Shown: piece after piece, positions 55,196-64,000 of the stretch | Position numbering within the stretch: the first letter of the stretch is position 1 | Layout of the letters: every line of letters starts with the position of its first letter | NCBI GenBank assembly: GCA_964016885.1 | Contig: OZ024747.1 | Location: 3,348,001 to 3,412,000 of the forward strand | Direction: 5' to 3' | DNA: 64,000 nt | DNA from: Eledone cirrhosa | Taxonomy: Eukaryota | Notes under the pieces: generated by a model | Told to the model about the DNA's origin: nothing | The model's input: only the letters and a program-made list of their open reading frames with translations | Databases searched by the model: none | Program-made: the position numbers and the translations under genes

Positions 55196-57097
55196 TGTAC
55201 AAAAGACCAGTTACTTATTGATAATGAGGAATTGCAAGGGGAGACACACTGGTCTTGCCATGGGATGGATAGATTACAAAAAGGCATTCGACATGGTACC
55301 TCATTCTTGGATCACCAAAAGCCTAGAGATCTTCAAGGTGGCAGATAACATCAGACAGTTGTTGAGCAAAAGTATGAAGTCCTGGGAAACAGAGTTAACA
55401 TCGGGTGGAGAATCCTTGGGAGGCGTGAAGATCAAGAGAGGTATCTTCCAGGGAGATAGTTTGTCCCCTCTGTTGTTTGTTCTTGCCCTGATGCCCCAGA
55501 CCATTATACTGCGAAAAGTGAGAGCAGGATACAAGTTGGGAAAGGGAGAGCTTACCATCAATCACCTCCTCTTCATGGACGATCTTAAACTCTTTGGGAA
55601 CAGTGAGAAGGAGCTGGAAGTACTTGTTGACACTTTCCGTATTTTCATCAATGATATATGTATGCAATTTGGTATTAATAAGTGTGGAGTCCTTGTGATG
55701 AAGAGGGGTAAATTGAGCAGAAGCAACGGAATCCAGGTACCAACAGGTGAGATGATAAAGGAAATTGACACTGAAGAAGGATACAAATATTTAGGTGTTC
55801 TGGAGGCTGATGACATCAAGAACAAAAAAATGAAGGAATTGATAAGATCTGAGTACATTAGGAGAGTAAGGAGCGTATTAAAATCACATCTAAATAGTAA
55901 GAATGTCATAAGTGCAGTGAATTTCCGAGCTGTGTCTATTATTAGGTACAGTGCGGGAATTCTGAAATGAAATGTTGCTGAACAAAAAGAAATGGATAGA
56001 AAGACTAGGAAGCTATTGACTATCTACAACATGTTCCACAAGAGGTGTGATGTTGATAAACTCTACTTAAAGAGATCTGAAGGTGGAAGAAGTCTTATCA
56101 GCATAGAGGTCTGTGTTCAGATGGAGAAAAACAACCTGCACAAATACATGACCGACAGTAGGGAGCCAATTCTGAGAATTGTACTGAAGGAGAGGACAAT
56201 AGACCAGGGGATGTCCAGGGAGGAAATAACAGTAAGGAGGAAGAGCAACCTCCATGAAAATCCTTTCATAGTACCTTCTTTGAGAAAACTGAATTCAGAG
56301 ATCCACAGACATGGAACTGGTTAAAAAGAGTAGACCTTAAAAAGGCTACAGAAGGAATGCTAATGGCTGCGCAAGAGCAGGCCCTCAGAACGAAGTGGGT
56401 GAAACATCATATTTACAAGGAGGAGGCTAGCCCACTGTGTAGGATCTGTGGAGAGAGGAGACTGTGGCTCACATTGTATCTGAGTGTAAACACCTAGCCC
56501 AGACTCACTATAAAGGCTGGAGACATGATGTGATGGGCAGGGTGATCCACTGGCACCTATGCAAAGTAAACAATTTACTGCATTCTGAGAAGTGGTATGA
56601 GCATAAGCCAGAGTCGGTGATAGAAAACGATCAGGTGAAGGTGCTGTGGGATTTTAGGATACAGACGGACAAGAAACTGGATCACAATAGGCCTGACCTG
56701 GTGGTTTTGGACAAGGAAAAAAATCATGCCTGATTGTAGATGTAGCTTGCCCATTTGACACGAGAGTGCAAGAAAAGGAGAGGGAGAAAATTAACCGATA
56801 CCAGGACTTAAAGTGGGAGGTAAAAAGGATTTGGAACTGCCATGAAGTCAGAGTTGTCCCGACTGTCATAGGAGCACTAGGTACTATCTCAAAGAGTTTC
56901 CAAGGATGGTTAAAGAAAATTAGTCCAGTCCCGCTTTTTGGAACACTTCAAAAAGCATGCTTGCTGGGAACAGCAAGAACCCTCCGATACGTCCTGAATA
57001 TCTGAGGCTGCAGGTAGCGGCTTGATATTCATTTCAACAAACTTTCCAGTTAAATAACATCAATGACTGAGACTCAAAGAATAATAATAATAATAAT
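55196..57097 (+). mobile_element. R4/Dong-like non-LTR retrotransposon (RT + CCHC + restriction-like endonuclease), 5'-truncated, with stops and frameshifts
   Basis: Motifs WIDYKKAFDMVPH, GIFQGDSLSPLLF, HLLFMDDLKL, CRICG..AHIVSEC, RHD, RPDLVVLDK..IVDVACP, KINRYQDL. (AAT)n on both sides. Confidence 0.9.
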
Positions 57098-57566
57098 GTT
57101 GTTGCTGCTGCTGCTACTACCATCATTGGCATTCGTTTTAAATCATTGTCTCACGCTAGCATGGGTTTGATGGGTTTTTTCCAGCAAAACCTTCCTCCAC
57201 ACTTGCATTTCTTTGTCAACTGTGCAAGGTTCAACATTTTGATATGTGCACTCACCACTTCTTCCCAGGAAGTTTATTTCAGTGGGGCTCTTACTACTGA
57301 CTATCCCTATATATCTCCTACATACAAAGCCTAAATTTTATGTTGGTCTGCCTAAAATCTTCTTACACCTTGTGTATCCAGCATTCATAGTGTGATAATA
57401 ATATAGAGTTTCTACCTACTCCTTATCCTGTCTTCTTTCCTATTGGCTAAACCTTTAATCTTTAAGCTTACTCTCACTCCTTTCATTCTAAGTTCTGCTT
57501 CTATAGTAAGAATTTGTTTGTTAGCTCTTTTACTGGTTCCATGACATATATGTATGTATGTAGATG

Positions 57567-57746
57567 AGGGTGGTGGATTGGCAGTATTGGTAAAAGGTCG
57601 GACGCCATGCTTTGACGTATAGAGCCATTCTGAGTTCAAATCCCGCCAAGGTTAACTTTGCCTTTCATCCTTACGGGGTCGATAAAATAAAGTACCAGTA
57701 ATGCACTGGGTAATTGCTGGCCTTGTGCCTAACATAGAAACAATTA
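57567..57746 (+). mobile_element. SINE A
   Basis: Head, core and tail present. Confidence 0.85.
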
Positions 57747-58132
57747 TGTATGTATGTACATATGTATATATGTATGTATGTTTCCTTGAAAATATACATA
57801 AACTTGAATTCTGAGATAAAATAGAATGTTACTTACATATATTTATATACATGTGTGTGTATGTCTGTATATATGTTTGCATGTATGCATATATGTATGT
57901 ATAGATATATATATATGCATGTGTATGTAAGTATATCTGAAGAGTGTGTGTGTATGTGATTACATCTATGCCAAAAGGAAAAGAATTTCAACATAGCAAT
58001 CGTACATTTGCTCCGTCAACCATCACTGGTTGTTCAGCAAGAAAATCTTTCTGCCTAGAAAGAAATATTAGGACAATATTTGCAATTCAATGATCATTAT
58101 ATATATATAGATTATTATATATATATATAGAT

Positions 58133-58163
<31 letters not shown>

Positions 58164-58169
58164 GATTAT

Positions 58170-58215
<46 letters not shown>

Positions 58216-58507
58216 CAACACATATATATGCCGTCTTCAGAAATATTATTTCTGAAGACGGCATATATATATATCAATATGCTAATGAGCTATGCAATAA
58301 TCATTAACAGATAATAAACATATATATTCAGAAATATCCTTTTTTATTTCCCACATTTACCATCTTTATTATTCTTCAATATTTTTCTCTCTCCATATAA
58401 TCTATTTTAATATTCCATTTAAATATTTTGTTTCTTTGTCCTTGTTGTTTACTGTTCTGCTCTGTTCTGTCTTTTATTTACCCAATCCATTATATTTTAG
58501 ATCATAT

Positions 58508-58602
58508 ATATAGTTTATATATCTCATTATACATAGTTTTATATATCTCATTATATATAGTTTTATATATCTCATTATATATAGTTTTATATATCTCATT
58601 AT
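58508..58602 (+). repeat. 24-bp tandem repeat x~4
   Basis: Unit tagttttatatatctcattatata. Confidence 0.9.
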
Positions 58603-59444
58603 ACAATCCTTCTTTGTTTATACTCCTTTCTTTTATCCTCTCTTTCCTCCCTATTTTATTCACCTCTCTCTTGCTATTCACTGAATCATATCATTGCAAT
58701 TATTTTTCTCAATTGTATGTAGTTTTATTCTTTAACCTTCCACATCCTTTTCTTTTTGTTTGTTTGTTGTTTTGGAAAATTAAATCATATTGAATGTTCC
58801 ACATACATTTCAAATCTTCATCTCTTTGTTTACGTTTGAATTGTTTAATTAATATTATTATTTTTATTATTTTTAAAGGCATTCTGAAGGAAAATTTTAA
58901 CAGATAAATGTAAATGAGGTTTTTCTTATTATCATGGTCAAAAACTAAAATAAAGAGAAAAACATAAATATATATATAATAAATATAAATATATAATAAA
59001 TATATATATAATAAATAGACAAATATAAAGAGATCCATTTTGGAATTTGTGTTGAAAATTGATGTTACCAACAATAGAATTTAGAAAAAAACAATGTTTT
59101 TGATATATAAAAATCCAGAGGTTACCCGAGACAAACTTAATCATCATCATCGTGTTTATATGTGTGTATATATATATATTTATATATATATATATATATT
59201 TATATTTATTATATATATAAAAAGAAATAACTTCTACAGGATTAGAACTGTTTCATTTGTATGAAATCATCTGGGCATTCCTGATGATTTCATACAAATG
59301 GAGCAGTTCCAGTCTTATAGATATCATTTCTATATATATATATAATAAATATACCTATACTCTACCAATGTATTGAGTACATTTTTTCACTGTGGTTACC
59401 CCTGGCACAACTCAGGAACATATATATATTACATTATAAGCTTT

Positions 59445-59557
59445 ACGATCTGAGTTCAAATCCCGCCGAGGTTAACTTTGCCTTTCATCCTTACGGGGTT
59501 GATAACATAAAGCGCATGTACTGGGTAATTGCTGGCCTTGTGCCAAAAGTTGAAACA
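59445..59557 (+). mobile_element. 5'-truncated SINE A
   Basis: TSD attataagcttt at 59433-59444 and 59558-59569. Confidence 0.85.
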
Positions 59558-61160
59558 ATTATAAGCTTTTGTAAACCAAATTTCAATGACAAGACATTAG
59601 TTAACCCCTATATATAGTTGAAGACACTTTCTCAAGGAGCCATATCGTGTGATCCAACAGAAGAAACAGATGGTTGTGAAGCTAACTTCTTAACCACACA
59701 GCCATATCTGCCCAAGTAAATCTTATTTGTAGAATATTCAGCTGTAAGAAAGACAAAGTCCCAAGAGATAGTAATAACACTAGAAGTTTCATAATCAAGA
59801 AATTCAATGGAATTCTTCTTTAGAATAGTTTGATAACAAATAATTGTTTTTGTAAAAAAGGTAGCAATATATTTGCAAGCATATTTACTACAAAATATTA
59901 TACCTATTTAACTTTGTGAAGTAATCTTAATTGAATGGAAGAAAAAAGTTTAATTTTAGCTTACTGAGCATAGATTAACTGATTTATGTTGCCTCTTTAC
60001 TAAAGAAAGCTTTATATAACTATCCGATGTTATCAGATGGCAAACCATACTTAAAGTGTTATTTTCTCACTCTTGATTATTCTGGTTTGTTCATCAACTC
60101 AATTCACACATTTGTTTTGTGATGTACAAGTGTTCTGTTTAGAGATTCTCTTTACTGCTTTGATTTTTCATTTTCCAGATGTTTCCCAACTTCAAAGGCA
60201 TTCTTATTTGTTTTTGTTCTTTTTTTTGTTCTACTCTCCTCCACTCATCTTTTCTCAAAACATAACCAATAGTCTTTCATCTTTCCACAAATGGCTGATG
60301 ATACGTTAGATTGTAAAGATGTCTTTAATTTCTTTGTTTTAAATTTTCTCTCATCTTAGTCATAAACTCTTGTGTTAATTATTCTCAAATGAATCTAATT
60401 TTTTTCTCTCTCTCCATTTATTTGATGGTATTTCAGCTTTAGACTAAAGTAAGTTAACGTTGATTAGATATTTTAGTTGAAAATTGTAACATTTATGTTT
60501 GCGTTGTTAATTCTGAAATGGCTATATTACACCAAGTCTTTTCAATGCATTTATTCTCAGTCATAACCTCATGGGTTTTTTCTTTGGATTCTTTACAAAT
60601 TCTCATATAAGGAATTATTATGCATTTAGATATCCACATTCATTAATGCTTGAAGTAGTATTGTGTTTGTTTGCTTCAAAGTTATTTTCTTTATTACTGG
60701 GACTACAAGATCAGGATACTTTTGTCAGTATAGTTTTAATATTGTTGCTTCAGAATGGAATATCTTCTGCAAAGTCAATATCTTTGAGTTGCCTGTCAGT
60801 TTTCTTATTTATCTGTACATCACCAACAAAATTGGTATTGAAATATGAAAACAATGACAGTAACTGAAGTAACTCAAGTGTCAGGATACATAAATGGAAA
60901 GATGTTGTCTGGATATATATATAAAAGGAAAGTTTGAATCCCATGTAAAGACACTGCTAAATTACTAGCTTAGCACATGTGTTCCTTGTATAAATTTTAT
61001 ATACAAATTTATAAAATTGTTTAGCAAATCTAAACATCGTAATGCCCCAGAGGATGGTGAGGAAGATGTACTGGAACAGCCACTCCATCTCATGGGGCTT
61101 ACATTTACAGGTACCCATGAGGCAGACTGACCCTTTAATTTCATTTTTGGTGGTGACATA

Positions 61161-61462
61161 TATCTATCTAGGGTGGGTAAAATTCCCGAGATCCATGGAC
61201 GAGTTCTCTCCAGCGATCTCTGTCCCTCATTATCACTGCAATGTCCTGCGTCTCCAACAGACCAGTGTCTGTCCTTAGGGCATCAACATACGTTAACCTC
61301 GGCCTTCCTCTTCCAGTGTGTTTATGTAGGGGCTCCCACAGGAGCACTGAGTGCAGTGTCAACTCTGGATGTTGGGGAGCATGTCCAGCTAACCTCAGTC
61401 TTCTCTGTGCTACTTTTGTGCTGACTTTTGGGAGGCTCCCGTACAGCTCTGAGTCCTTTATC
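61161..61462 (-). mobile_element. RTE LINE 3' end with target-site duplication
   Basis: LLWEPLHKHTGRGRPRLTYVDAL on the minus strand. 13-bp direct repeat tggtggtgacata at 61148-61160 and 61491-61503. Confidence 0.75.
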
Positions 61463-62874
61463 CTCTATGTCACCACCACCAAAAGAACCATGGTGGTGAC
61501 ATAGAGAGCTATTATGTATATTGAAACATCTAATAATATATTTTCATACTTTTAAATGCAAATAGTTATACAAAGCACTCAGATTATGAAGCAAACTTAA
61601 AAATATATTTTTGGCTGAATCAATCTCAAAAAAGAATCTAAAATGTTATGGGTCAGTGGAAAATGTTTTCAATCAACTACTAATATTGCCAAAACTAATG
61701 GACTTACTTTTAGTGAATGCTGTAGAGAGATTTTAAAAAATATATTTCACATTCTTTTATTATTCGCTGGATGATTGGTGACTTTAGCCCTGTCAAAAGT
61801 AACCAAGTCTCAAGAAATTTCCTTGCTGACATTAAAGATGGAACTGTACAACAATGTCCCCAACTGACATTTATTTCTCTGAAGATTCTTCAGCTTCATA
61901 TTTTTCTTGTTATTCCAAAAAGGATAACAAATGTTCTCTCTCTCTCTCTAACTATCTATCTCTCTTACCCCTCTTTCTGCCTCTCTGTATCTATCTATCT
62001 CGCCCTCTATCTATCTCTATCTATCTCCCTCTTTCTCTCTCACTCTGTTTGTTTTTCTTCTGTTTTGGTCTTCACAATCCCTTCTATCAGTTCCAGTTGA
62101 CTGATTTTCTAGGGGGATGAGAGTTATTGTTGATCTGTAAAATATCTATAAAGTTCAGGAAACTTTTATCACTATACATCTATTTTCTTTCTATTTACTG
62201 TCCACCCAGCTACTAACAACAGAGGTTAAACCACTGCAAATTCATCAGTGTCTTCTCTTGATGCTTGTCACTGATTGATGGGTGATTTTTAAAGAATTTC
62301 AGGGCACATATGGAATTATATCTAGCAGAATGAATGACATATAGGGGAATAAAGTTAATATATACTTTTTTTCTTTTACAGTAATAGAAATCTCTTCAAT
62401 ACTTTTATAAAGGAATTTTCTGAGTTGTACTTGTCTGTCCAGTGGCTTTAACAGAGAGTATTCGTTGAAACTGAATCAATTACATCGTGGAAGATTTGTT
62501 TTAGACATTCATAAAAATATATATATATTATATTTACTTTTTATTTATTTTTGGGCATCAAAATCTTTGTCACACTTTTTCTCACGATGAAACCATGCCA
62601 AAAGTGGTTGGTTCAGAAGACACATTACCTGTGCTGGGGCAGGAAAACCTCTCTAGTGCTGGTGATTTATATGATAAGCACCCTCAGTACACTTTGTAAA
62701 GTGTGAGAGAAGGGGCATCCAACCATAGAAAATCTACCAAACAAAAGTTTAGGAGACCCTTTAGTTGTGCCAAAAAATGTGACAACATCCCTAGTATTAG
62801 TGATCTACATGATAAATGTACACAGTGCATTCTGTAAAGTGGTTGGCCATAGGAACGGTGCCCAGTCATAAAAA

Positions 62875-63140
62875 TCCTCAACAGGATTTAAACTCAGATC
62901 GTAAAGGGATATAAGCCTTAAAACATCTTGTCCGACACTCAACCGATACTGCCAATCCCTTATTTATTAATTATATGAATTATCCTTATACTCCATAAGT
63001 TTAAATCCTGCCATAGTTAGCTTTGACTTTTATCCTTATAGGGTCAATAAAATAAAGTATCAGTAATGCACTGAGGTCAATTTAATTGACTTTCTATTTC
63101 CCCCAAAATTGCAGGCCTTGTGCCTAAATCTGAAGCCATT
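62875..63140. mobile_element. SINE head (minus, 62875-62960) and SINE B body (plus, 62995-63140)
   Basis: Diverged matches to the family A/B sequence. Confidence 0.65.
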
Positions 63141-64000
63141 GTAGTCAATGAATTAAAATCCCACCAATGTTAACATTACACTTACATAAGGTCTTACATT
63201 CTACTGAGTGCACAGGAGAGGTTGTTGTCATGTCTTTGACACAACCGAAGGGTCCTCCTAACACTTTGTGTGATAAGCTTTCTATAGTCGGATGCCCTTC
63301 CTATCACCAACCTACTTTATAATGGAAAATGAGTTAATTCCAATAACACAAGTCTGAAATTAGATAGAATTCTGTAGATTTTCTTGTCTGCAATGTTGTA
63401 GAAATCATCTAATTGTTGATAACATATATTAATTTTGTCAAACATATTTGACAACACTTCCTATGATAGATTCCATTTATCATTACCATTATTATTATTA
63501 TTATCACCATCATCATCATCATTATTATTATCATTGTAACAACTCTCTACTGATAGACTAATTCCATAACAATGTTTTTTTTATCTAACAATGCCAGACT
63601 TTACTTTTATTTACAATATACAAACATCATCCAGTTCTTCCTGCAGATGATAACATGGCACAAAGACTACAGCTTTGTTCTCTTTCACTAATATTCTGAA
63701 GAAAAAAGAAATAAAGAAAAATATTTCAATTGTTTCTAAGTCCCTCCTAGACAACAACAACAAATCAAATAAATTCATTATCTTTATAAATTGTAGAAAT
63801 CAAAATAAAATACCTGGATTTTACATCATCATCATCATCATCGTTATAATCACCAACACCACCACACCAATCATCATCATCATCACCACCAACACTACAC
63901 TCATCATCATCACTGCCACCACCATCACCATACCCAACATCATTATCCTCCTCATCATCATCATCATTCTCTTTTTACATCTGTTTTTTCCATGCTGTTT

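Noticed and set aside
61021-61130. Short exon-like purine-rich stretch
   Set aside because: Wrong phase for the protocadherin donor and no recognisable protein motif.

Overview
AT-rich, repeat-dense eukaryotic genomic DNA, most likely from an octopus or other coleoid cephalopod. This is inferred from the protocadherin style, the SINE families and the very long (TA)n/(CA)n arrays. The only host gene I can support is one large protocadherin coding exon (ORF 18637-21060, +): signal peptide, 6 cadherin repeats, a transmembrane helix and the start of the cytoplasmic tail. It has a splice acceptor before it and a donor after it. Most other ORFs in the track are microsatellite translations. The rest is transposons: Penelope-like elements (PLEs; RT plus C-terminal GIY-YIG) with inverted arms, R4/Dong-like and Tx1/L1-like LINEs stacked in one (AAT)n tract, decayed RTE/CR1 fragments, many tRNA-derived SINEs, and mariner/piggyBac/hAT-type MITEs. 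The main hidden signal is a set of minimal type-I hammerhead ribozyme motifs in PLE ends and in short non-coding elements next to (TA)n. One ~210-bp family, present in two copies, has a non-canonical core with a compensatory U3-A8 pair (UUGAAAA) and a 3' end resembling the PLE tail. Everything was read by eye and no database searches were run.
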